Made by a program: the position numbers and the translations under genes
Part shown: in pieces, positions 27,793 through 40,500 of the stretch
Layout: every line of letters begins with the position of its first letter
Position numbering within the stretch: the stretch's first letter is position 1
The notes under the pieces: model-generated
Seen by the model: only the letters and a program-made list of their open reading frames with translations
Told to the model about the DNA's origin: nothing
Databases searched by the model: none
Source of the DNA: Octopus bimaculoides
Lineage: Eukaryota
DNA length: 64,000 nt
NCBI RefSeq assembly: GCF_001194135.2
Contig: NC_069008.1
Location: 17,551,128 to 17,615,127 of the forward strand
Direction of reading: 5' to 3'

Positions 27793-29002
27793 AGCAGGTG
27801 GGTAGATGGAATACAGAGGGGGGAAGGAGACAGACAGACAGACAGACAAAGAGGAGGAGAAAGAGACAGGGAAAAGGGTGGAGGAGTGGGTGGAAGTGTG
27901 GATGGGTGGTTGGACAAATGGGTGGATGGAGGGATAGATAGATAGAAAAGCAGATGGGCAGGTACCTGGACAGACAGGCAAGTACCTGGACAGACGGGCA
28001 GGTACCAAGATAGTTGAGCAGGTATACAATTAAATACATACCTGGGTAGTTTGGTAGGTAGAGGGAAAGGGAAACAGACGAATAGAAAAGTAGTTGGATA
28101 TGTAGGCAGACAGGTGAGCAAACTGATAAATGGGTGGATAGAGAGATCTACCTGGACAGGTAGAGAAAGAGGCAGAAGAGCAAAGGGAAAAATAAGTAGA
28201 GTGGTTGTTAGTTAGATAGCTGAATAGGCAGGTGGATGATTAATCAGAGAGATGTAGAGGGAGATAGCTTGGCAGGTAGTTAATTAAGAGTTGAGAGGTG
28301 GGTAAGTACAAACAGATTGGTAGAATGTGAAATGAGAAAACGCAACACACAAAGAAGACAAACAAGAAAATTTTTTAAAATATAAAAGGAAGCAATGTAT
28401 GTATAAAAGTATGTGTATGTGTGTGTATATATATGTAAAAGTATAGGAATGAGACAATTGGGCACTGCTGTTTGGCTGCTGGTGATTTGGCATGGCTGAC
28501 TGGAGATTGAACTATTTTGATGCCAGTACTTTTTGGCACTGGAGGCAAATACACTCACACACACGCAGATAGAAAGATTGCAATTTATGAACTGAACATG
28601 ATTGACTAACACTTCCCCACTCTTCATACGCATACACATATAAACAGAGAGAAAGAGAGAGAGAGGAAGGGAGAGAGAGAGGAAGGGAGAGAGAGAGGAA
28701 GGGAGAGAGAGAGAGATATTATACATACAAAGATAAGCTCACACTCATAAACAGAGGGAAAGAGAGAGATTAGTATTGAATACAATTGACAGACACTTTT
28801 CCTCTCTTCAGACACATAAATCAAAATATAATTACACACATAAACAGAGGCATAAGGGGGAGGAGAAGATGAAAGAAGAATTCAAACATCTGATGTCAGT
28901 ATTGAATCAGCAACACCAAAGAGGCAGCGCCAAAACAGCAATGTCAAAATGTTCCACACCCTATATATACACACACACACACACAAAGACACAAATAAAT
29001 AC

Positions 29003-29038
<36 letters not shown>

Positions 29039-29839
29039 CTTTCTCATCTCCAACAACTTGGTCTGTACATCCACTTCAAATCTTACAATACTTTCACAAA
29101 AAATAGTCTTTCAGTCATTTTTCTTTTTTTTTTTTTGGCAAGTGGGGGTAAATATATCTTAGACTGTCTCTCTTACCTTTTAGCAACTATCGTTATGAAA
29201 ACATCAACACAATCACACAAACTGCTAGAAATAGCCAAATACCCGCTGAATCACATTGGTTAGTATCTTAACACATGTACCCCGACTGATTCATCGCAAA
29301 CTTCACACAAATGCACCACCAGTGGTACATTTTCATAATTTAAGAAAATATTTCATTCTGCATCTGTGACATAGTTTTGAGGACATTTAAATAACACGAA
29401 TGCTAAATATTAAGGTTTATCCTCATAATCAACATCCATTGTCCATGCTGGCATGGGTTGGACAGTTTGACCAGGGCTGGTAAGCTGAGGGGCTGCACCA
29501 GACTCCAGTCCAGTTTGGCATAGTTTCTATGGCTGGATGCCCTTCTAATGTCAACCACTCGGAGAGTAATGGGTGATTTCACGTGCGACCAACACGTTTG
29601 TCAGTTCAATTCTCTGATCAAGTAGCACATTTGTATCCTTGGGCAAGAAACTACTTCACATTGTCCTCCTTCAGTCATCTGAAAATGAATCACACTTAGG
29701 TGTTAAGCAGAGGCTATTGGCCCCCTAATCTTAAAAATGAGACAGGGACAACCCTTAGTAACTAAGACACATGAGACAACAAGGGCACAACAAGGTCCCT
29801 TTATGACATGTACAGATGTCTGGTCCTTTAGTTTGTCTC

Positions 29840-29880
<41 letters not shown>

Positions 29881-32615
29881 GTGATTGAGATGTCCTCCTC
29901 TAGAGCAATAACTTTCACCTTGGACATAAGTTTTGGTAAAATCTTCTCCCAACCAAACCAAAGAGCTGACCCAAGACATATTCACCACAGAAAAAAAAAT
30001 GACCGATTTAAAAAGAAATGAATAAAGTATTGAAAGAACTGAAAAGAAATTGAATCCATGAATTAATTAATTATAATTATTTTAACGACACACAACAAAC
30101 AAATTCATTATGTCAGTAGAAAAAAATAACTAAAAAAAAAAACCCTCTTAAGGCGTTGTTATGGTATTTTGTGCATTGATTGTTGCTAACAAACCAGTAA
30201 TTAATGTGGTTAATGAAGAAATATAACAAACACTCACTGGCTCGTTAGTTGACAATCATTGCTGTTTGTAGTGGTGGTCACCATAAGGTTTGGAGAGATG
30301 GACATCCAAAATATAACATTCACACAGGTGTACATATCTATATGTATGTATGTATATATAATACACACATATAGGAAGAATGAGCACTAGGTGGATTCCT
30401 CATATGCTAAAGGTAGACCCCATATGGTCTGACCATTAAGAAAAATTAGACGTCTTCTCTCGGGAGGTGAGGAATATCAATAAACAGTGAAGTTTGCTGT
30501 TGTTTGTTGTCAATAAATTTCACTGTATGTAGTTCAGGGCTTTTTCATGTGAAGTACAGAATGCAAACTTTTACATACAAAACAGGCCTTGTACATCATC
30601 ATCATCATCATCATCATCATTATCATGTACAAGTATGAAATATACCCACAAGGCATTGGCTGACCAGCGGCAACAACAGAAGGCACTTGCCAAATGTGCC
30701 ATGCAGTAGGGCCGATCCCAAAACCACACGGTCGACAAATGAAATTCTTAACCATGTAGCCATGTTTACACTTGTAATAAATATAATTTATGTGCTTTCA
30801 TGTAGGACGTGTTCCTAGAGCAACATTCGGGCTTGGTTATCAGACAGATCTGGCCCCTTACACCTATCCTACAATGTCATTGTAAAAAAAAAATAAACAA
30901 TCAAATCATTGGAATCTCAAAGCTATGAGATAATCCAGGATTAATTCAAAACAATCTGGATAAATAAGGATTATATTTAACAGATTAATCAGATTGCTAA
31001 AAGTAATTTGGTAAATGCATTTAATTACATTGGAGACACTAATTATTATTCGTTGTATATGAATTGGCATTTCCACTGAAGACTTTTATAGAGTGACCAC
31101 CACTTTGACCAAACTCTTCGCTGTCCATTTAAAAAACCATAACACAACGACAAAAAAAAAAAAAAAAAAAAAAAGAACAAAAAGAAGAGGGTTTTCTTTT
31201 TTTTTTTTTAACAAAATTTTTGACTGAATGTTGGAGAAGTTAAAAAACAGAAACAGGGGGGCGTGGGGCAGTGTTTCGGGGCCGACACACAACACATTGC
31301 TTTTGGAGAGCAAACCACAAACCTTCGTTATCTTGGATATAGTAAGCTGTAAAAACGAAAAACTCTTAAAGCTGAAGACAACAGAAATTTCAGATGAGTT
31401 CTGCAAAGAGGTGTCGGTAACAACAATAACAAAGCAACAATTGGTGCCACATGGTGAGTGTATATACACATATATACACGTGTGTGTATGTATGTATATA
31501 TATATATATTATGTTAGCATTTGATCCCATAGTGTGGTAAATAAAAGAAACATAAAAACATATAATATATACATATATATATATATATATAAAAATATTA
31601 ACTTTGCTACAATCTGTGTGTATTTATAATATATATATGTGTGTATATGTGGGGATAATTTCAACTAAATTTTTTTATAAGGAAGTGGAGGCTTTCAGTC
31701 ATTTGTAAGTTATCTCACTTCAAGTTTAACTTTGAAATGCAAAAAATGGGTCCAGGGAGGCGGGACTAAGCCACTTTGGTGTTTCTGCCCAAAGCAGAAA
31801 TTTTTTTCTCTATGGTAAACCGGAGTGAAAAAAGGGTCTTTTTTTTACAGGTTCAATATGTCCCCCAAATGTATTTGAACTGATTGGCAAGTTTGTTTAG
31901 TCCTCATCACTGCTTTGAATTCCAACCATGTGTATCTACTTATGTATACACACATATATTATCGTTATTACTTCAGCTTTAGCAAAAGTGAAAGTATTGT
32001 TTTTAGTTGTATTTGTTTGTTTGTCTGTGGACAAAATATCTCAAGATATCTCTTATACAACCTTTTTTCCAAATTTAAGCCCCCAAAATTAGAGGGTTTA
32101 TACACATTAAAATACAGTATATATATATATATTAATAGAGAGAGGATCATTAAGGGCCACCAGAAGGATATTTGAGGGTTGCACACAATCCTGGGAGCTG
32201 CAGGTAAGAATTGCTGGTCAAACCCTGTTTACCATACACACATATATATATTTGTGTACAAACAGTTATTGCTTATATTATATATATATACATTATTTCA
32301 TATATATACATATATATATATTGATATATAGACAGATGGATTACAAGTTGCTAGTGTTATCACAAACACAAAACATTTAACACAGTAAGATATTTACAGT
32401 TTTATTTCACTAATTAGTGGTAATTACTGATCAATATCATTAAGACTCATGTTCACAGCAATCATCAGATGTACATGGAAACAAATAGCCCTTGTAGAAG
32501 ACAGAAGACACAACACCAAACTCAGTTCTTTGAGAAGGTTCTTTGTTCCTAGGTCTGTCTGGTGATTACCATATCCATGACCCTTGGTACAGATGCAAAA
32601 CCAGTAGTTATCACC

Positions 32616-32647
<32 letters not shown>

Positions 32648-32866
32648 TTGTATTTGATGGCATAAAATAGATGCTTGGCCTTATTAGATGCAAAGAATCA
32701 GCAGCGCATTCTCAAGAAAAAAAAAAACGGTTTTCTTTTGAGTATTAAATCTTACGGGAGGCCCAACCATGCATATAGGACGTAGGGTGACTTTTTGGAG
32801 ATATTTTTTGGCTAAAAACAGGGCATCTTATATACCATGAAATACAGAATGTGCACGCATATATAA

Positions 32867-32898
<32 letters not shown>

Positions 32899-35800
32899 TT
32901 CAGAAAATCATTTAAACAGAAAATGTCAAAATTTTACAAATTCTAATTACAACATTGAATATTTGTTTTGAAACTAAACAGTAAAATATGTTAATTTTTT
33001 TTTTCTGTATGTTTTGGTTTTGTTGGGGAGAAAATATAAAAACAGGACTAGATAAACAAATAGACCCAAGCATACCACTGGTACATAGTTTACCCTTCGT
33101 TACCTCCCAACCAATAAGAATGCAGTAAAGCCTTATGCTGAGTGTAGTAGCATACGGGGATGGGGTGGAATGCGGGTGCATGTGTTGGGCCATTGTGTGT
33201 GCATGTGCACTTAGGTGTGTGTGGATGTGTGTTGTATTTGCACGCATATGCATCTCAATGCATGTGAGCCTGTGCATGTGTGTGCATGCATTAGTGTGTG
33301 TACATGATAGTGGGTTGTATGTGTACACTATTGCGTATGCATGTATATATGAGTATGTGTTTGTTTTCCACCAATGCTTGATGATGGTGTTGGTTTGATT
33401 ACTTCCCCCTACAACTTAATTGTTCGGCAAAAAAGACCGACAGAATAAGTACTAGGGTTTAAAAAATGTCCTGGGGTTGAGTTGGCTGGCATGAATTAAG
33501 ATAAATGATTTTGGTTTGTATTTGTGAGAGAACAAGCATAAAATTTGTATGGTTTGCTGTGTGTATAACCATGTATGTTTATATGTGTGTGTATATGAAT
33601 GTAACAAAACTAACAATAATTTAATATTATTATTATTAATAAAATAATTCTAAAATTTAAAAAATAAAATTTCCAAACAACAAAAAGAAAAAAAAACACA
33701 GGAAAATTCTTTGTTTTTTTTTAGTTTTACCTGAACACAGACCAAAAAAAGAAAACCAACCCAAAACATGCCCACCACCTCTGAAAACTGTGGGTAGGTG
33801 AGGGCGATGTAAGGCACAAGTGAAAGGAAATGGTTGTGCAGAAAAGCAAGGGTTCCAAACGCTACAATTATTTGCCAAAAGGTTAAAAGTAAGGGTCATG
33901 GCGGCAGGGGTCACACACATGCCAAAACCATTTTGGAATTCTGTGATTCTAGAGAACCTGACATTATACCCCGACAGAGTGATTCTCCTGACGCAAGTTT
34001 GATGCGAACATTGTGAAGTGTATACCTTGCTGATGAAGTGTAATAACATTTAAGCATGTTTGGAGTTGTCTTTCCTGATATGATGTTAGTTTTGAGTGAA
34101 TACGCAGAGCCTAGTGGTTAGGCAGTTCTACACATGGTCATAAGATTGGAGCGAGTGAGGTGTTATGTTCTTGGGCAAAACACTTCATTTCACTTTGCTC
34201 TGGTGCTGTGTTGGGGACTGGCACATCAAAGAATAGACCCAACGCTTCCTCTGCATGTCGTAAACGGCAATGAGAGGAGGGTCCAGTTAGGATTTGCACT
34301 CTGACCTTTTAAAAAAACCCTTACCAGTGATGACTACCCCGAACTGATCCATGGGCTGGAGGGCTGTCGCTTGAATGGCGCAAAGGGGTCACCAACAAGT
34401 GGTTGATGCTGTTACAGTGCATGTCCCCAGACATGAGCTAATCCTCAGCTAATCCTAAATCCTGACCATTCTTCTTAGACAGTTCAAATGAAGATTATTA
34501 TGAGAAATATCCTAAGTCTAATGTATATACATGTGTGAATGTGTGCGCATATGTATGTATATATATATGAGTGTATACATGTGTGTGCGTGTGTGTGTAT
34601 GCATGTATGTATATATGTGAGTGTATACATGTGTGTGTGTATGTATGTATATGTGTGTATGCATACATTGTGTGTGTGTGTATGTATATATACATGTGAG
34701 TATGTATGTATGTATGTATGCATATGTGTGTATGTATACATATATATGTGTATGTATGTATATATATGTGTATGTATACATATATGTGTATGTATGTATA
34801 CATGTGTGTCTATATATATATATATATATAAATATAAAGGCAAGTATGTATGTGTGTGTGTGTGTATGCATGTATGCTTGAGTAAAAGCTATGCAGTCTG
34901 TATGCACATATGCTGTGTAGATACACCAACTACATAACAATCCCTCCACCCTGGCCCACCCCATATACCGGGAACACACGGAAAAAGAATGTGAAGTGTT
35001 GTATCACCTTTGATGGCTTCCGCACACTGCACAATTTCTGCGACGGACGTGGCCACATTTCTTGACACGCTCACCATGTTCTGTTTTGATTCAGCTGAGG
35101 GCTTCTGCAGAGCCTGTAATGAAGCGGGGCAAAAAGAAACAGAAAAAAAAAAGGCTAAGTAAAATATAATCAAAGAAAAAAAAACTAATGTGTATTTATG
35201 TATCTGGGTGTCTGTCCCACCCTGCTGGGTGGTTGGAGCTAAGAAGGGCATCCGGCTGTAAAAAGCATGCCAAAACAGACACAGAAGTCTGGTGTAGGCT
35301 CCTGCCAGACCAGCCCCTATCAAACTATCCAACCCTTGCCAACATGGAAGGAAGAGGGCATTTAAATGATAATGTCTGTCGTAAGAGCTCACAAATGCTG
35401 AAGTCACAATGTGTACTGGCGCCATGTAAAAAGCACTGGTGATGGTGGCCAAGTAAAAAGCACCCATTGCACTCTGTAAAGTGGCTGGCATTAGGAAAGA
35501 CATCCAGCTGTAGAAACCATACCAAAACAGAGAGCAGAGTTTGGCGCAGTCTTCTGGCCTTGCCATCTCTGGTCAAATTGTCCAACCCATGCCAGGAAAC
35601 ATTTGGTATAGATTTGGTTTGGAAGCAAACCTTTTAACTGCACAGTCATGTCAGCACCTAACTTCTGGCTATCATCATCATCATCATTGTTTTAACATCC
35701 ATTTCTCCGTGGTTTTAGGGGGTCGGATATTTAATAAAAAGGGGTCAAAGGTTTGATGAAATACTTACGTAGCTAACATGCTCAAGGACTTCTTTGTATG

Positions 35801-37277
35801 CCATAGCACAAGAATAACCAGCCTTTTGAGTCTTCTGTCGGATATCTGCTGTCTCTCCGGTAAAGGAAGCAGCCTAGAAGAGAGAAGACACAGTGTGTGA
35901 GGCAGAAGAGGAAACATAATGGTTAAGGGTTCAGAACAGGGTTTCAGAGCAAAAGAACTTTCAAATAAGGACTGAGAGTAAGGATCACTTTAACTCTTTT
36001 GTTCCCATACATGGATTGAAAGACACTGTTTTTCAAGAATTTGGTAAAATAACTGTCTTGAAACATAAAATGGTGTGGAATTTTGATGGAAGGTTTTAAT
36101 TTAGGTCACTTTAAAACAGGAAGTTTGTATCCCAGAACCAGGAGTGATGGTCTCTGGTGGATTGGTACCTAAAGGGCTAAACCCCAAACCTTTTCGAACC
36201 ACATTTGTGTTGAAATCCACTGCCTTTGTTTCGATTCATTTTGGAAATAATAAAGAATTTAGTAAAAGAATTATTAATCTGGTTTTAATTTAGATCACTA
36301 TAAAACAGGAAGTTTGTTATCTTAGAGCCAGGAATGGTGGTCTCCATTGGATTGGTATGAAAAGGGTTAAAATCAACTTCTTTTATATTCCACCCGGTGA
36401 ACCAACTGACATTGGATGCCGGTTTCCATGACAACGACAACAATTAGGATCCTTACTTTGCAAACATTGAGAAGATCAAAGATGGCCCTGCGTCCAATGT
36501 TGGCTGCCACTATTACATCATCCTGGTTCCCTGAGTTTCCGGCGGCAACAGCTTTGGTCGTTGCCGTGGTGATAGGCTTTGTGTACTGTATCAGATCTTC
36601 GGCTGTAGCTTTCTGGTCAGGCGGAGTTGGTGACTGATACACCTGGAGAAGAGAAATGCACAAGAGAGGGAAGCAGACAATCAGTTGAAATGCGATGATG
36701 CTAAAGAAATATTTATTTCTTTATTGCCCCACAAGAGGCTAAACATAGAGGGGACAAACAAGGACAGACAAAGGGATTAAGTCAATTACATCAACTCCCA
36801 GTGTGTAACTGGTACTTAATTTATCGACCCCGAAAGGTTGAAAGGCAAAGTCGACCTCGGCGGAATTTGAACTCAGAACATTAACAGCAGACAAAATACC
36901 GCTAAGCATTTCGCCCGGCGTGCTAACAATTTTGCCAGGTCAGCACGAAAGAAATATTACAGTCGTTCTATACACTGAAATGTATGAGGTCTTGTCTTTT
37001 ACTTAAACTGTGGCCATGGTGGGGCACTGCCCCTGAAGAATTTTTAGTCGAATCAACCCCCATTGGGTTCAATACCACTGAACCTGAAAAAAACCATCTG
37101 AAAACCTTAGAAATACCCTACAATCTAGGTGTATTGCAAAAGTTGGCATTACTTGGAACTGCACGCATATTGCGTAAAGTACTATGTATCTGAGGTCCCT
37201 GTTGTGACTTGACAAACAGTGCAAACCCCCAGTGGACACAATATCTTCAATCAACAACCTCACAATATTGCGACGTC

Positions 37278-37315
<38 letters not shown>

Positions 37316-37504
37316 TAATAATGATACATACTCGGAGTTCCTGGCTAATAGCTTCAATGGTTGACTCTAGAGCTCTTGTACCTCTTTGCGTCTTGTCTTC
37401 AACGGCTTTCACCGTTTTAAGGAGAGAAGTGACATTGGTTACCATTGTCTGTAAGAAGAACAGGAGGACAGATCAGCAGAGATGAAGAAGCTGAAGGAAA
37501 ATAT

Positions 37505-37538
<34 letters not shown>

Positions 37539-40500
37539 AAGAGAGATGTGTTGTGGAAATGTGACCTATAAACAAGCATGTAAAGAACTAACTAAGGAGA
37601 CAGAAAGATTGATTATATATTTTAGAGATTTAGACATACAGATGGATATACAAACATCTAGAGATATAAAAGATAAACATACAGAGATACAGATAAATAA
37701 GGTAGAGGCATACAGATATATATATATATACAAACATATATATATATACGCACATATATATATAGGCTGCTACAAAGATAGGTAGATAGATAACTAGCTA
37801 GATAGATAGATAGAGAGATGGGTGGATGTGAGAGAGAGAGAGAGAGAGAGAGACACACACACATAAAAAGAGATAAACAGAAAAAAAATAGGGAAAACAA
37901 GCAGATAAATACATAGAGAGATATACAAATATGGAGGTAGAAGACAAACAGAATACAGGAAGAGAGAGAGAGAGAGAATGACAAGAAAAAATAGTAAATT
38001 GGTAGGAGATTGGGTGGGTGGGGGGCACGGGTAAAGTTTAAAGGTGCCAAGAACTAAAATATTTAGCAAAACTATTACAATGGAGAGCAGAGGGTAATTA
38101 TCTTAAACTAGTTGTCTAGTTTATGGAAATGTCTACTTTTTTTTTTTTAATGTTTAGATCTGTAATAAAATATTCAATTAAAATTATATTTAAGACTGTT
38201 TGTGAAATTATGATTCGTACCCTGGTGGAATAATTGAATTAGAAAACAAAAATAAGTGGGTTCTTTCATTAAGTTCCTGTAAATTAGTTATTTCTTTCAA
38301 GCTTAATTGAATCACACAGACGGTGTTTTTTTTTGTTTTTTTGTTACAAACACAGTCATGGAAGAATTTTATAAATAATTACAACATTCATATGCATTCA
38401 TGCGCTTAGATTATGATTTTGCTAAGGCACAAGCACTCAGCTCTGAGAGTAATGTGTCCTACAGCTGAAACAGCTCTAAGCCAATGAAATTGATTACATC
38501 AATCCTCTTGTCATTCATTCACACTCACACACCCCCAAACATCCACACACACNNNNNNNNNNCCCCCCCCCCCCCAAACATCCACACACACACACACACA
38601 CAGAACTGTTTTTAATCGAGTCAATCTATGCAACAACATAAATATTCTAAGCTTTAAAAACTCAAGTACACACACAGGCATACATACCTAAATATACATA
38701 TCTAGTTACACATACATGCATACAAATACAAAATAGATGTGGATGTGTGTATATATATGCATATATGTGTGTATATATATACACACACACACACAAACAA
38801 ATATTTATGTGTACATTTACACACACATATATAAATATATACATCAAGGGAGAGAGAGATATACACATTGTGCATACATTCATACAGAAACGAAATGTCT
38901 GATATATAAAAGTGCCAAGTTTTTATGTAAAGAAAAAAAATTGTTTAAAAGTGATGTTGCGCATGTCAGCGTGTGTAAGCACCAACATACACACACGTCC
39001 ATACGACAGATTACAGGCTGGTTACTAACGTTAATTGAATATGTTAAATAAATAAAATTAACTCAATTAATCAAAGAATAATTAACTTTTATCTCAATTA
39101 AAAGAAAATCTGACAAATAAGATTAAAAGACCAAACAATGAGCAAAAATACAATCAGAACAGAATGCAAAGAGTTAGCTCCCCTGAAGACAGATCGTCTC
39201 CCCTCCCACCATCTTTATCCTATTATAAATTTGAGTAATGTTTCTTTGTTCATTATGTTTTTATGTTCGTTAACTCCTCCTGGATGGTTGGTGCAAGGAC
39301 AATGAAACATCTAACCAGCAACTCCCCTAATACCAGGGAACGTCTTAAGGGGGTCTTTTTTTTTTTAAGGGCCACCTAATTGGTGCTATACTGACCCCCC
39401 TATTTTTACTGCATTTTAAACTAAATACATGGCATTGGTGACCAAATCGGAGCTATGACAATGAATTTCATACCATGAACCTCCAGGGAATACTGCAGGG
39501 AGGTTCACTTTCTGAAGGGCCACTTAAATGGTGCCCCACTGACCCCTCTCCCCATTTTTATTGCATTTACCTTGGTCCCATCCTTATTGGTTAAACTATG
39601 ATCAGCATCAGAGCTTGGCACATTTGCAGAAATAGGTTTGGGAATTCTAAATACCTTCACATACCTTCAAATCAAGATAAAGAGTTCTAACAGGTACGTT
39701 TCAGGTGTGGCTGTGTGTATATTTGTATTTTGTAGTTTATGAAGCTTATGTCTAGGTAACGAGTTTGGAATGAGACATTGGATAATTAATACTCGGAGAT
39801 ACATATACAATGAATGTGTCCAAGCCCATTACATTGCACAAGAGTAGAGGGCTGCAAAGTGGCCTGATAGTGGGGCAGAAGGCCTCAAAGGTGCCCACCA
39901 CAGGAACTAGGCTGCATGCTGCCTGAAGGGCGGCTTCAAGGCTAATATTTATCTTTTTACTAAATTTATCATTAGTTAATCTAACAATAGTTAATCTAAC
40001 AATAACTTTAATCCTACCTCACAACAGGATTAACTCTAAGTTTCTCCCCTCATGTCATTACCTACTTTATGACCTGCTTCTAATGTGTGTGGAGAGTAAA
40101 AAAGCCCCAGGGGGAAGAAAAAAAAAAGGGGGAAATGGACAAGAACAACATAAATTGGAAAAGTTGTGTTTGTATGTGTCTAAGAATTGAAACTGTGACC
40201 TGCAAACATCGAATTCACTCACCATNNNNNNNNNNNNNNNNNNNNNNNNNNNNNNNNNNNNNNNNNNNNNNNNNNNNNNNNNNNNNNNNNNNNNNNNNNN
40301 NNNNNNNNNNNNNNNNNNNNNNNNNNNNNNNNNNNNNNNNNNNNNNNNNNNNNNNNNNNNNNNNNNNNNNNNNNNNNNNNNNNNNNNNNNNNNNNNNNNN
40401 NNNNNNNNNNNNNNNNNNNNNNNNNNNNNNNNNNNNNNNNNNNNNNNNNNNNNNNNNNNNNNNNNNNNNNNNNNNNNNNNNNNNNNNNNNNNNNNNNNNN

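Noticed and set aside
28370-28538. Segment reading [25 protein letters not shown] after tttgcctccag in talin phase
   Set aside because: No phase-1 consensus donor; the frame runs into a microsatellite and a stop.
31228-31524. Plus-strand [19 protein letters not shown]... with a gtgagt donor at 31454
   Set aside because: No recognisable homology and no partner exons; it is the antisense of the 24-nt microexon region and ends in a microsatellite.
33657-34049. 130-aa minus ORF and overlapping short plus ORFs
   Set aside because: No domain similarity, a low-complexity F-rich tail, and no convincing phase-compatible splice sites.
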